From: Gekko japonicus
Lineage: Eukaryota
Direction of reading: 5' to 3'
Length of the DNA: 64,000 nucleotides
NCBI RefSeq assembly: GCF_001447785.1
Contig: NW_015167073.1
Coordinates: 246,692 to 310,691, forward strand
Below, in pieces: positions 12,234-24,280 of the stretch. The position numbers and the translations under genes are program-made. The notes beneath the pieces were generated by a model that saw only the letters and a list, made by a program, of their open reading frames with translations, was not told the DNA's origin and did no database searches. The stretch's first letter is position 1, and each line of letters opens with the position of its first letter.

Positions 12234-12855
12234 TAGGCTTGTCAGCTCCCCAGGTAGAGGCAGGGGTCCCCACCACCAGCAGGTCCCGCTCCCCTCCACT
12301 GATCAACTGACTGGTGGAGGAACTTACCAGGAGAGTGAGAAAGGCCCAGGCAATATGGCAACATCATTTTCAGTGTGCACAGGAAGTGATGTCATGACAC
12401 CAGCAAAGTCCAGGTGATGATCTGGTGTTTGGGCAAAAACCCTATGGTAGAAGCTGGGGTTTTTTGCCATCGATAGGGTTGCCAGCCTCCAGGTGGGGCC
12501 TGGGGATCTCCCGCTTTTACAACTGATTCCCAGCCGAAAGAGATCAGCTCCCCTGGAGAAAATGGCTGCTTTGGAGGGTGAACTCAATGGCATTGTACTG
12601 TGCTGAGGCCCCTCCCCTCCCCAAACCCCGCCCTCTCCTGGCTCCACCCCCAAAGTCTCCAGGTATTTTCAAAACCAGACTTGGCAACCCTAGCCATCGA
12701 GTTTTTGCTTGAATACCAGAGTGTCACTGAGACGTGACTTGATGATGTCACTATCTGTCTACTCTGGGAATGACATCTCCGTGTTGCCTGGGCCTTCCTC
12801 TCCTGGTAAGTTCCCCTATCCCCCAAAAGTTGCCAGGAGAGACCTGGCAACCCTA
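12234..12855. mobile_element. Blackjack-like hAT MITE (outer element of a nest)
   Basis: Termini taggcttgtcag / ctggcaacccta; TSD atcctgac/atccagac. Confidence 0.75.
12474..12692. mobile_element. Blackjack-like hAT MITE nested in the previous element
   Basis: TIRs tagggttgcca / tggcaacccta; exact TSD gccatcga. Confidence 0.9.
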
Positions 12856-13616
12856 ATCCAGACCCACGGGGGCTTCAAAGCCAGGGGACCACCACAAACC
12901 TCATTGGTTAGATGCTAGCTGGTGGGAAACATGGGGAATCACTCTGTGTTTCAGGACAGGTCAAGCAGAACCTCTCCCAGCTGGAAAGGAAAGGGTTAAA
13001 AGGTTCTTCTCACGTCGTGTGAACTGTGCAAGCCAAGGAGCTCTGAACTGACAGTAAAGCTGAGTGACGTCTGCAAGGGCCATCCTGATTTTATAAGTTC
13101 ACGTTGTCTTGGGCCCATTTCTCCGAAACAAATGCCAAGGTAAAATCAGTGACCAGAGAAACCTAATTAGTTCGGTTTTCATCTCTTTTCTTAGTTTCTG
13201 TAACACACGTAGCTTTGCTCTGATATGTATTTCCATGCCTTTTTGTGTGCATAGTTGACAGGAGGGCTTTCTTGTTAAACAAAGATCTTTTTTTTCCCTT
13301 TTAAAGCTCTCAGACTGTGATTAAACTGCTCACCAGTGGGCCTGGCCATTCAACCACACAGAGATCAAACAGAGTACGGTTGCCAGGTTTTCCACTGTAG
13401 CAAATTCCTGGCAGCCTGGTATTTTGCCCAGAGGTGCATGAAGCACCAGGGGGAAGAAACGAGGGGGGAGCTGGGGTGTGCATTGGCATCATCTGAAGAA
13501 AACCAGAAGTAACATGACTGCATGCTCTAGGATTTGCAAAAACTCTATGATTTACCACAGAGTTTTTACAAACCCTTGGTGCATCCTGTGGCATCACTTC
13601 CGGACATCACTAGAAG

Positions 13617-14016
13617 CCGGGGCTATTTTGGGGTAAGAACGCACAGGAACGGAGTTCCGGCTGGCTTCATAGTTGGCCACGCCCACTCCAGCCAAAACCT
13701 CTGCGTGTGTGGCTACAGAGGGAAGGCCTGGAGAGCGACCCCCCCCGGTGACTCTGAGGCGGGTGGGCCAGGTGGGCCCTAGGAGGATCGGGGAGGCATT
13801 TAATTGCCTCCCCATGCCTTCTCCAGCCTGTCCAAGGGCTGGCTTGCCCGGGCAAGCCAAGGAAAGGCAGTTTAAACTGCCCCCCCTAAGGGCCGGCTTG
13901 CCCGGGCTCCCCGCAGCAGCGCCCCAGGGCGCCCAGGCAAGCCAAGGGAAGACATAGGGGTGTGGCCTAATATGCTAATGAGTTCCTGCTGGGCTTTTTC
14001 TACAAAAAAAGCCCAG
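13617..14016. mobile_element. hAT MITE inserted into an older palindromic MITE
   Basis: Ends ccggggctattttgggg / aaaaaaagcccag; exact TSD actagaag; same family as 28138-28528. Confidence 0.85.
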
Positions 14017-14449
14017 ACTAGAAGTGATGCCAGCGTGACAGTGCATATTAATTCCTCCCCTTTAAACTCTCCCAAGGGTTGCCAGCTACAGCCTGGCAGT
14101 CTTGGCCAAGCTTCAGGGAGGGGGGAACTAACCCCCCACATGCACGCTCACACCCACTCCCCCTTTTAGTGCAGTCAGACCACTGAAGGGAAGAGAGGGG
14201 AGCTCACAGAGTCCGACTGGTGCCAGTGTTGCCCTGCAAGGCCCTTATAGCGCTCTTATGGACATTGCTCATAAGTGATAGAAACTGGACTGGGCAAGTA
14301 GTGTGCAAAAGGGACTGAACTGTGTGGTGACCCAAAAGTGATGCCAGTTACAGACACACACCCATAAGAAGGAAGCCTTTGAGGTGAAGCCAGCCTTTGA
14401 GTGTATTTCTGGTACATCTGGAAGAAGCAGGAACCCTGTATACATAGGT

Positions 14450-14589
14450 TAAAAGGTAAAGGTTCCCTTGCTCGAAAGCCAGTCGAATCCGACTCTAGGG
14501 TTGCGGTGCTCATCTCCGTTTCAAAGCCGAAGAGCCAGCGCTGTCCAAAGACGTTTCCGTGGTCATGTGGCCGGCATGACTAAACACCA
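14450..14589 (-). mobile_element. 5'-truncated Sauria SINE
   Basis: Reverse complement of the 3' end of 3350-3701. Confidence 0.85.
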
Positions 14590-14949
14590 TAGCATGAAAA
14601 TCCCAAACCTTAGAGTACCACAATGATAAAGATAACTTATCAGATTTCCAGTTGCTGGCAACAACTATTTTTACTGCGGTTTATAGAACAGAAATAAGTT
14701 CTTGGTCAAGTCTTTCCCCCATCATGTCCAAAGACACAAATGTGGGTTTCTAAATTATAATATGTTCTCAACACGGGACCCAGATCTAAATGAGATCCGA
14801 GATAGCACTGTCCCCAAGGATGAGCAGTGATCAGAGTTCCCATGCCCAAATACAACATACAATCCCCACTGACCCCCATGGCATAGAACCCCATGGACAA
14901 AACTGGGACTAGTTCATCAAGACACCTGTGCTCATCTTTCCTGTTTAAA

Positions 14950-15876
14950 TCACCATCTTTGCAGCACCCTGGACAGAGCCCCATGGATGTCCTTGTTGCG
15001 TAGGGTATAGATGATAGGGTTGAGCAAGGGGGTGACCACAACGTAAAAGACAGCAAGTCCCTTGTCACGATCAGGAGATGCCTCTGATCCAGAACTCAAG
15101 TATGTAATAATGAGGATGCCATAGGACAAAATGACCACAGTCAAGTGGGAGGCACACGTGGAGAAGGCCTTGTGCCACCCAGTGGCTGACTGCATTTTTA
15201 TCACCGAGGACAGTATGAGCATGTAGGAGATCAGGATAACCAAAAAGGGCAGGAGAATGATCAGTGCAGACACCACGATGGTATTGAGCTCAGTCTCTCG
15301 TGTGTCGGTGCAAGCCAGCTTGATCATAACCGGCATGTCGCAGAAGAAGTGATTGATGCGGTTGGGGCCACAGAAGGGGAGGCGGAAGGTGAAGCTGGAA
15401 TTTATTGAAGCAAGAAGGAAGCCACCTGCCCAGGAGGCTGAGGCAAGCTGCACCTGGCGCCACCTACCCATGGCAGTGACATAGAGCAGAGGATGGCAGA
15501 TGGCCAAGTAGCGGTCATAAGCCATGGTGCCCAGCAGAAAACACTCGACGCTACCCAGGCAGATGATCATGTACATCTGGACCATGCAACGGTTGAAGGA
15601 GATGGCTCCGTGTCCAGAGAGAAGGTGAGCCAGCATCTGGGGCATGCTGCAGTTGATATAGCAGATCTCCAAGACAGAGAGGTGCAAGAGGAAGAAGTAC
15701 ATGGGGGTCTGGAGGGAGGGATCTGTTCGCACCAGCATGATGATCAGCAGGTTTCCTATAAGGGCGAGGGAATAGATGAGGAGGACGACCACAAAGAGCA
15801 GGATCTGTGTCTGTCGGCGATTAGTAAGTCCCACTAGGATGAATTCTGTGATGGAAGAGAGGTTTTCAGAAACCAT
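14950..15876 (-). CDS. Olfactory receptor (class II) OR2, 308 aa
   Basis: Intact ORF from MVSENLSS with canonical OR motifs; the ORF-track TTG extension is intronic. Confidence 0.92.
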   Translation of the reverse strand: MVSENLSSITEFILVGLTNRRQTQILLFVVVLLIYSLALIGNLLIIMLVRTDPSLQTPMYFFLLHLSVLEICYINCSMPQMLAHLLSGHGAISFNRCMVQMYMIICLGSVECFLLGTMAYDRYLAICHPLLYVTAMGRWRQVQLASASWAGGFLLASINSSFTFRLPFCGPNRINHFFCDMPVMIKLACTDTRETELNTIVVSALIILLPFLVILISYMLILSSVIKMQSATGWHKAFSTCASHLTVVILSYGILIITYLSSGSEASPDRDKGLAVFYVVVTPLLNPIIYTLRNKDIHGALSRVLQRW

Positions 15877-16721
15877 CCTGGGCTCCGGTCTGCACAGAAA
15901 AGACAAGCTGGTGACATTATCTGGGATCGGAACAACTGTATTTTGTTGACCGTATTTTGGTCAATGTTTTACTGCAGTCAACCCAAACCAGCCCATCAGA
16001 CTCAGCCTCTAAATGTATGTCCAAATGCTTTCCTTCATTTTACATTGTTCCTTTTTTTCTGTGTGTCTCATACATCTATAACTATAAGTTTTATGCTTAT
16101 TTCTACTGCGCTGCTCTAAGATGACTGACTCTCTTGAATGACAGCTACAAGCGGTATCTGTTATTCGGCTCCCGCATTTTCAATATTGCTTAATAAAATG
16201 ACAATTCTTACATTACAGAATTTGCCTCAGTGAGATGTTCTATTCTGGACATTTTATCCATTAGCTAACAAACAAGCAAACAAAATTGGGTTAGCCCAGC
16301 CTTGTCAGACTTTGGAAGCTAAGTGTTGGAGTAATGCGACTCCGCATGCCTGGACATGGGGGGGGGATGTGTGCTACATTGTTGTAGACGTATAGATGTA
16401 TATCTCCTTAATGGAATTCCTCTTGTGGCAGAATGGGCCTACTCTGGCCTGAAGCCCCTCTTCCACCCTGCCTTCGAAGGTTTTACCCAACCTCTGGAGA
16501 GGCTTTTCTTTCTCTCTCCACCATCACCACCACCTCACCTTCGTAAGGAATTTCTCACTGGGAGGGTCAGGGTGCTCAGCTTCCCTTCCAAGTTCGGAGG
16601 CCTTGCCTTTGTGTCTCCCTGGTCACCAGAGGAACCATTTGCTGCCTTGTGTGCCCCTGGAGAAATAGCCACTTGTGAACTGCCTGCCTGCCTCCTGGTG
16701 CTCCTGTTAAAATAGTGTGTC

Positions 16722-17274
16722 TGAGACAGTGGAGGTCTATGTGGTACAGAGAACCCCAGTCAGCATCTTAAGTTATAAAGTATTTATTAAAAAGAAAATG
16801 TTCGCAAGCATACTTTTAGCACAGCACCAGATTGAGCAACAGAAATTTGTAAAATGCAAATTCTCTCTCCCTCTCTCTATACATGCCCTATCAGATTCTA
16901 AAATATAACACAGGCTCCATAAGCTTCGGAGTTCTAAATCTCTACAGCGTTGCCATTACCTTGAGGCTTGCTCCAGATCTTTAGGTGAGCACATGCTCAA
17001 TGGCTGCTTACCCAGCGGAGAATTCTGTGTCTGCCCTTGGACTCCACACTCAAGGAAAAGAAACCTCCTTCCTGCTGCAAGGAGCTTTTATCATCCCTCT
17101 TTTCCCCCACCCCCTGACCAGGGCAGGGCAGGTCAAAGAGGCTTTTCCTGGAGATCTCCAAGAATCTCCTACCTGGAGACTCTCTAGCATTTAATATCTC
17201 CAAATCTCTGCTCCCTGCTTGAGGGAGGGGGAAGCTTGACCATCCCATTGTCTCTCCTGCTAGAACTGTTATCA
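16722..17274 (-). mobile_element. Possible solo LTR
   Basis: TG...CA ends with short inverted repeats (tgagacagt / actgttatca); AATAAA and a TATA-like motif on the minus strand; lies in sequence absent from the OR3 unit; TSD unclear. Confidence 0.4.
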
Positions 17275-18804
17275 TATGTATACAGATAAGCTGGAGAGCA
17301 ATTGGACTGACTTCTCCCTTCTTGCCTGTTCTCTACCCGGGGTGGGGGGGGGCTTTTAAAACTTCCTGGTGAAGGTGTTGCTCATGTCAGACCTCCAAGG
17401 AAAAAAAATTGCATTTCTATTTATTCTTAACCTGGGAGCTTCTCTCTGACCCCTCCTCTCTTGCTCTGTGTCCTTTGTTCTATCGCACTCTCCTCATGGT
17501 TCTTCATGAAGTCTGATGCATCTACAGGTCTCTCCTGCAAGAAGCAGTGTCCCCTTTCTTGCACATACATGCCACTGAATGAACTGGCCATTTTCGATAG
17601 GGTACCCGGTATAGTATCCTTTAGGTTACAATTCTTTCTCTCCTTTTGATTGCAACCTGGATGTGAACCGAATCTACTTAAATAAATGTAAGTTTTACCT
17701 TTTGCAGTTTATTTCTTGGAAGTTTATACACTGTACGCAATATCGTGCTTCCATGACTGGGCAAACTCTTCTGTACTAACTAATAATTATTCTCAATACT
17801 GAGCAGGGAAGCCCAGGGTTGCTACATAGAGGCAGGCCATGGCAAACCACCTCTGAACATCTCTTGCTTTATAAAGCCTATAGGACGGCTCAAAATCGGC
17901 TGCGATTTGATGGCAAACAAACAAAAATTAACAAAATCAGCCAAAATCCAGTGCTTAAAAAGATTTTTTTCAGTTAATTAGTCCCCAATTAATCTAAGAC
18001 TAAGATCCAGAGAAGATGATTCCATCAATCTCACCAGTGCTAGGTTAAAATGCCCAAACTGGGCCCCTTTCCTACACATTCCATATTACAAGATGTAATC
18101 CTACCTTGGCTCTCCTCCCAGAGATTCCTCAAACACTACAGAGTAATCCATGTCAACAGCTTTCATTAAGGTATATTTCAGGCAGCTGTCCAGTGCAACT
18201 GTTTGGAAGGTGCCTGAACTATCATGGATTTCAGGAAAGACCTGACTCATCTCATCCACTGATGGAGAGCTTCTCCATGTTGTTCCAAAAAGGCTGCTGC
18301 TCATACATTTGACAAATGGCAAGATCTTCTAGACTTTGGACAATCACCAATGAAGAAAAATTGGGCTCATCATACTGGTTGGGAATATGCTGCCATCACA
18401 TTGTTTGGGAACATCCTGTTCAATTTCTTCGCCGTCAGTGTTTCTCTGAGAAAGGGACTCATATGTAAGAAAAGGTTAGAAGCTACTTTCAGAGATGTGG
18501 TCCAGCAAGCCTGGCACCATCTATCATGATAGGCGGCAGAACGGCATAGTGTCTGGCAGATACCCTTGTCTTCTTCTCTGCTGTCCTTTGAAGTTGAGGA
18601 GCCAGGGACCTCATGCATGCCAAGGAAGTGCTTCACTAATAAGCTCTGCTTCTTCAACCAGCTTCTCAGCGGCTCCTCCAACACATTTGTACAGCCTTCT
18701 AAGATGAGAGTCAACCTAACTTGCTTTGCTAAACTCTAGCTTTTGTCAATGTTAGGACGCCAATTGAACATGGCCATTATCTCTCCCTGTGAGCTGTTTA
18801 TGAT

Positions 18805-18925
18805 TTGAGGATTCAGTAAGGTAATGAAGACAGTAGAGTTGCTCTATTGGGACTGGTCCAATCCCTTTGGTACTTTACACTGGCTCATTAGTCTGTTGTT
18901 TGTTACTTCAGCCTCCTGGGTAGCT
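18805..18925 (-). promoter_or_regulatory. Conserved putative OR promoter block (OR2)
   Basis: tcatta at 18885-18890, O/E-like tctattggga, and the tgtttgttacttca motif. Confidence 0.6.
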
Positions 18926-20298
18926 CTACTACTACTACTACTACTACTACTACGGGGGAAACTTCTGTGATTTTTGGATCTTTTAAAAAAGTTATACAAT
19001 GCAGGTTTTTAGATACTTTGCTGGCTTTTGGTAAGGAAGAACAGAGGAAAAGGGATTTTATCAATTCTTTCTTTTATATCCCACCCGTTCACCAAGGATG
19101 TGAAAAGAAGGATTAATCAAGATCTGTGTCTGGTTCTTTTAAGTTCAGAGGCAATCTCCTTCCATCTGATTTCTTTTATTTCCAAAGTCGGTAGCTTTTT
19201 TTCTATTTTATACCTGCTTTACATCAAAGCTAAATTAAACTGCTGGTGTTGCCTATAGAGGCCTATATGGTTTTTACAAAGACATTTTTTGTAACATACA
19301 TTCCAGCTTGCCCACTAAGCTAATAATGGGAGGGTCTGCTTAGAGTGCCCTCATTTACTGAAATGAGGCAGTTATGCACAGGAAACAGGGTCTTTTCAGT
19401 AGGGGCATCCATACTTTCCTCTCCCATAGAAGCTTGCCTGTTACCGACCTTACATTCCATCAAGCACCAGGGTTATATCGTTCTAATTTTCCCAGATGTT
19501 TTAAACTACATTTACAGTTGGTTTTGAGAACTGCATATTTAGGAACTTTGCCCCAATGGTATTGGTTTAGGCAGCAAATGCTGGTTCTGAGGAAACTTTG
19601 ATTTTTTTTATCTCTTTCATTTGGAGTATTTTTAATCACCGGTTGCCCTTCTTTTAGCCTCTGTTACTGTCTTGTTGAATTTAAGATGTGACATTTTCCA
19701 TTTTTGATTAGCCTATAGTTCTTTATTTTTATTTATCAGCATGCCGCGAGCCATCTCAGTTACCAATTTGTGTCCTGGAGGAATATAGACATTTAAAATA
19801 TATCAATACATTTGTTGACGTTGTTTTTATTTGCTTTATGACAGCTTAACTTCTCAGTAATAAATGATGTTTGATTTGCTCCTTTGTCTGCTATTGTTCA
19901 TATCCAATAACTCTTATTGTTCAAGCTTCTGAATAATCCCAACCACTGGAAAACCAGGTCCTACTTTTAAAATTGCACTTTGCCTTGGAGGCTATAAAGT
20001 TATATCATTGGTTTCCTTTGGAACAAAGAGCTCACGAACTGGTTTTTTGTAATGTTCACTTTATTTACAAATATATAAGTAGAGCACAATTCACAGAAGT
20101 CCCTCTTCCTTGGTTTATTCCAACTCGAAACTACTGTGTCCTCATACACAAACACAAACCTCTTTGCCCTCCCCTCTGCTGGGAAAAGTCACTTTCTCCA
20201 AGCTCTCCTAGATCTTTAACAGAGCCATCAGTAGATTGTCTCCTAAAATTAAGACCTGGTCAAGAATTTGTTGCACACCCAGAGTTCTCTGATTGTGC

Positions 20299-20611
20299 TA
20301 GGGATCCCAAGTTCCCCTGGGGGGCGGGGAAACCCCCGCCCCAGAGGCCCGTTCCCCAGCGCCGCTGGATCAGGCCCCGGGGGGAACTCCTCCCCAACGT
20401 GCGCGTCACCAGGAAGTGACATGGGCACCCTGGGGGCGGGGCCACAGCCATACAAGGGAAAACTCTGGTTTTCCCTTGTATGGTCGTGGCCCCACCCCCA
20501 GCGTGCCCGGTGTCATAACGTCACTTCCTGGTGACATGCATGCGGCGTGCGTGCTCCAGGAGCCACCTGGGAGTCCCCCGCAGAAGAGGTAAGTGCCACT
20601 TGGCAACCCTA
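20299..20611. mobile_element. Blackjack-like hairpin MITE, same family as 2691-3011
   Basis: Exact TSD gattgtgc; same central palindrome catacaagggaaaac...gttttcccttgtatg. Confidence 0.9.
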
Positions 20612-21449
20612 GATTGTGCTATGCTGGTCATCTGTAGAAAACCAAGGAGCACACCACTTGTTTTGGAACCCAGGGGTGACCTACATTAGGGACATTTTAT
20701 GGGGTAGACAGAAGAATGTGTGAAGTGAATTTTTGGACCAGACCCTGGTCTGTCTAGTCCAGCATTATTTTTTCCAACAATGACCACCTATGGAAAGCTC
20801 ATACTCAGGGTACATAGGTGATACTATTCAGAGGTACAGTGCCCCCCAGTAATGAAAATTCCACTTACTTATCATAGCTAATAGACAACCCAACTTCCAG
20901 TAGTTGTTAAAAATACTGCTGAAGCTTGTGGGAGCAGTGAAGATATTTGCGTGGCAGGCCCCGGTAATTCACTGCTCTCCTGGCTGGAGGTTGGGAACTA
21001 AAAAGTATGTACGTACTGAGAGCATGAGTTGGAATCTGGTGACTGCCTAATGCTGCAGTCAATTGGCCTTGGCAGAGAGACGAGGGAGATAACAGACAGC
21101 TGCCTGCACACACACACATTACTTGGTTCATGCTTCATGGCAGGATGCTGTAACTCTCGAGATATATGGGAGGGGAGGAGGGAGAGAGGAGGGGGGGAAA
21201 CGGGGGGGGGGGAAACTGAGCTTATAAATAAACACTGGGAAGCCGAGAGGCTTCAGTCAGTTTCTGCAAAGCTGTTTGTGTCTTGTCTTCTTTGCATCGT
21301 GAACCCCTGGTACCAACCTACAGAAGCTACTTGTTGTCAGCTTATAGTTGAACAGTCTGAATAGCCCGTCTTAACCTGAGCTTGCCATAAAAGAGAAGCT
21401 TAAGCAGGGTTGGCCATGATTAGTACTTGGATGAGAGACCATCAAGGAA

Positions 21450-21712
21450 GAAGAGGAAGAGGAGTAGTAGTAGTTGGATTTATACCTGCCCTTCACTCAG
21501 AGTCTCAGAGCGGCTTACAGTCTCCTTCCCTTCCTCTCCTCACAACAGACACCCTGTGAGGTAGGTGGGGCTGAGAGAGCTCTGACGGAACTGCCCTTGA
21601 GAGGACAACTCTGAAAGAAAGGTCACACCAGCAGCTGCACATGGAAGAGTGGAGAATCAAACCCAGTTATGCAGATTAGAGCCTGCGTTCTTAGCCACGA
21701 CACCAAACTGGC
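21450..21712 (-). mobile_element. tRNA/L2-tail SINE inserted into a 5S-derived SINE
   Basis: Reverse complement of the 5255 family; the host SINE resumes at about 21715. Confidence 0.75.
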
Positions 21713-22313
21713 TCCAGTCCAGGGTCTCTACTACGAGGCAAGCACTGGCAAACGACTGCTGTTTGTCGCTTGCCTTGAAAATGCTATGGGGTCACCATCA
21801 GATGGCTCAGACTCGACAGCGTTTTCTGCCACCAAAGTGACCATCACCGAAAGGCAGCTGGAAGAATCTGCAAAATAACTAAAAGTTGATAATATTTTTT
21901 TTTTAAATGTTGCATCCACTCTCATGGGGAAGCACAAGGAAGGAAGGAAAGACTGGCTCTATGCAATTCAAAACGAGAGCGAATGTTGCATTCACAAAGA
22001 GTACACAGAGGGTGGGCCTGGTATGATTCCTTGGTCCAATGTCCCAAAATCTTTGCTGTATCGGTGGCAGAGAGATGGGTCAAGTGAATATAATCAGGGA
22101 CACCATCTTCCCCCATCATGTCCAAAGACACAAATGTGGGTTTCTAAATTGTAATACGTTCTCAACACAGGACCCAGATCTAAATGAGATTAGAGACAGC
22201 ACTGTCTGCAAGGTTAAGAGTCCCCATGTCCAAATATAACATATATAAGACCCATCAACATATTGTTCATGGTAGATAACTTGAACCCCGTGGATGACAT
22301 CGGGGCCAGTTCA

Positions 22314-23273
22314 TCAAGACACCTGTGCTCGTCTTTCCCGTTTAAAGACCCACCTTTGCAGCACCCTGGACAGAGCCCCATGGATGTCCTTGTTGCGTAG
22401 GGTATAGATGATAGGGTTGAGCAAGGGGGTGACCACAACGTAGAAGACAGCGAGTCCCTTGTCACGATCGGGAGCTGTGTCTGACCCAGAACTCAAATAT
22501 GTAATAATGAGGATGCCATAGAACAAAATGACCACGGTCAAGTGGGAGGCACACGTGGAGACGGCCTTGTGCCACCCAGCGGCTGACTGCATTTTTACCA
22601 CCGAGGACAGTATGAGCACGTAAGAAATCAGGATAACCAAAAATGGAACGACAATGATCAGTGCAGCCACCACGATAACATTGAGCTCAGTCTCTCGTGT
22701 GTCGGTGCAAGCCAGCTTGATCATAACCGGCATGTCGCAGAAGAAGTGATTGATGCGGTTGGGGCCACAGAAAGGGAGGCAAAGGGTGAAGAAGCCATTT
22801 ACAGAAGCAAGAAGGAAGCCGCTGGCCCAGGAGGCTGAGACGAGCTGCACCTGGCGCCACCTACCCATGGCGGTGACATATAGCAGAGGATGGCAGATGG
22901 CCACGTAGCGGTCGTAAGCCATGGCGGCCAGCAGAAAACACTCGACGCTACCCAGGCAGATGATCATGTACATCTGGACCATGCAACGGTTGAAGGAGAT
23001 GGCTCCGTGTCCAGAGAGAAGGTGAGCCAGCATCTGGGGCATGCTGCAGTTGATATAGCAGATCTCCAAGACAGAGAGGTGCAAGAGGAAGAAGTACATG
23101 GGGGTCTGGAGGGAGGGATCTGTTCGCACCAGCATGATGATCAGCAGGTTTCCTATAAGGGCGAGGGAATAGATGAGGAGGACGACCACAAAGAGCAGGA
23201 TCTGTGTCTGTCGGCGATTAGTAAGTCCCACTAGGATGAATTCTGTGATGGAAGAGAGGTTCCCAGAGCTCAT
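22314..23273 (-). CDS. Olfactory receptor (class II) OR3, 319 aa
   Basis: Intact ORF from MSSGNLSS with OR motifs; close paralogue of OR2. Confidence 0.92.
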   Translation of the reverse strand: MSSGNLSSITEFILVGLTNRRQTQILLFVVVLLIYSLALIGNLLIIMLVRTDPSLQTPMYFFLLHLSVLEICYINCSMPQMLAHLLSGHGAISFNRCMVQMYMIICLGSVECFLLAAMAYDRYVAICHPLLYVTAMGRWRQVQLVSASWASGFLLASVNGFFTLCLPFCGPNRINHFFCDMPVMIKLACTDTRETELNVIVVAALIIVVPFLVILISYVLILSSVVKMQSAAGWHKAVSTCASHLTVVILFYGILIITYLSSGSDTAPDRDKGLAVFYVVVTPLLNPIIYTLRNKDIHGALSRVLQRWVFKRERRAQVS

Positions 23274-23728
23274 CCTGAGCTCCTGCCTGCAGAGAGAAGA
23301 CAAAGGTTAGTGACATTGCCTGGAATATGACAAGCCCACTGTACTTTTCACTGGAGTGAACCCAAACCAAGACATCACACCCAGCGTCCTAATGTATATC
23401 CAAACACCTTCCTTCATTTTACATTGTTCCTTTTCCTGAGTATGTGTCTCTTATGTCTTGAAGTCCAAGGCTCGTGTTCATTTTTCCTGCAGTACCCTAA
23501 AATGGCTGCCACTCTGGAATGATAACTATGAGAGATCTCTCTGATTTGACTCCCACGTTTTAAATATCAATGGGCAAACCTTATGCCACCTTCCATTACA
23601 GAGTTTGCCTTCATAAAATGTTCTAATCTGTACAAATGTTCTAATCTAACAAACAAACAAAAATGTTCTCACCTGGATAGCCTAGGCTAGCCCAATCCCA
23701 TCAGACTTTGAAAGCTATTCGTTAGAGT

Positions 23729-24136
23729 CAGGGTGTCGTTTCCTGCAGGAGCACACAGGAGCGGAGCTCCGGCAGTAAAGAGCCCAGGGGGCGGGCACAT
23801 GCAACAGGGGCCACCCCCTGCTCCCAGCAGCCCTCAGTCAGAGCAAGAAGCAGCCAGGTAAGTTGTAGAGTCCCCCTGGTCCAAAACAGTCCAGTGGCGC
23901 CTTTAAGACCAAGTTTTATTCGGGTACAAGCTCTCCCTCTTCTGTGAGGGCAGATCTGCACGCTCCCCCCCCCCCAATAGCTAGCCATCCAAAACAGTCC
24001 AGTGGAGCATGAGCGGTGGGTGTTACCTTCTGACACACTTCCGGTGATGTCAGGGGGTGTGGCAGATACAAATAAGTTATGCTAATGAGTTATGCAAATG
24101 AGCTCCTGCACCTCTTTTTCTATGAAATGACCCCTG
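23729..24136. mobile_element. hAT MITE
   Basis: TIRs cagggtgtcgtttc / gaaatgacccctg; exact TSD gttagagt; empty site in the OR2 unit at about 16325. Confidence 0.9.
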
Positions 24137-24280
24137 GTTAGAGTAATGTGACTCAGCATGCCTGGACACTGGTTGTGTGTGTGTGTGGGGGGGTGCTACT
24201 TTGGTCCTGATGTGTACATGTGTTATCTCCTTAATGGGATGTCTGTCTTTGCTCTTAACCTGGGAGCTTCTCTCTAACCC

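Noticed and set aside
15493-15837. Conserved 114-aa antisense ORF (also 22890-23234)
   Set aside because: Shadow of the duplicated/converted OR coding strand.
15877-15906. N-terminal extensions MSFLCR/MSSLCR/MPFLCR on OR2-OR5
   Set aside because: They start at TTG inside the polypyrimidine tract of the splice acceptor; the real ATG is 10 codons downstream.
20900-21360. Possible additional LTR (TATA/AATAAA-like motifs)
   Set aside because: No convincing TG...CA boundaries with a TSD were found.
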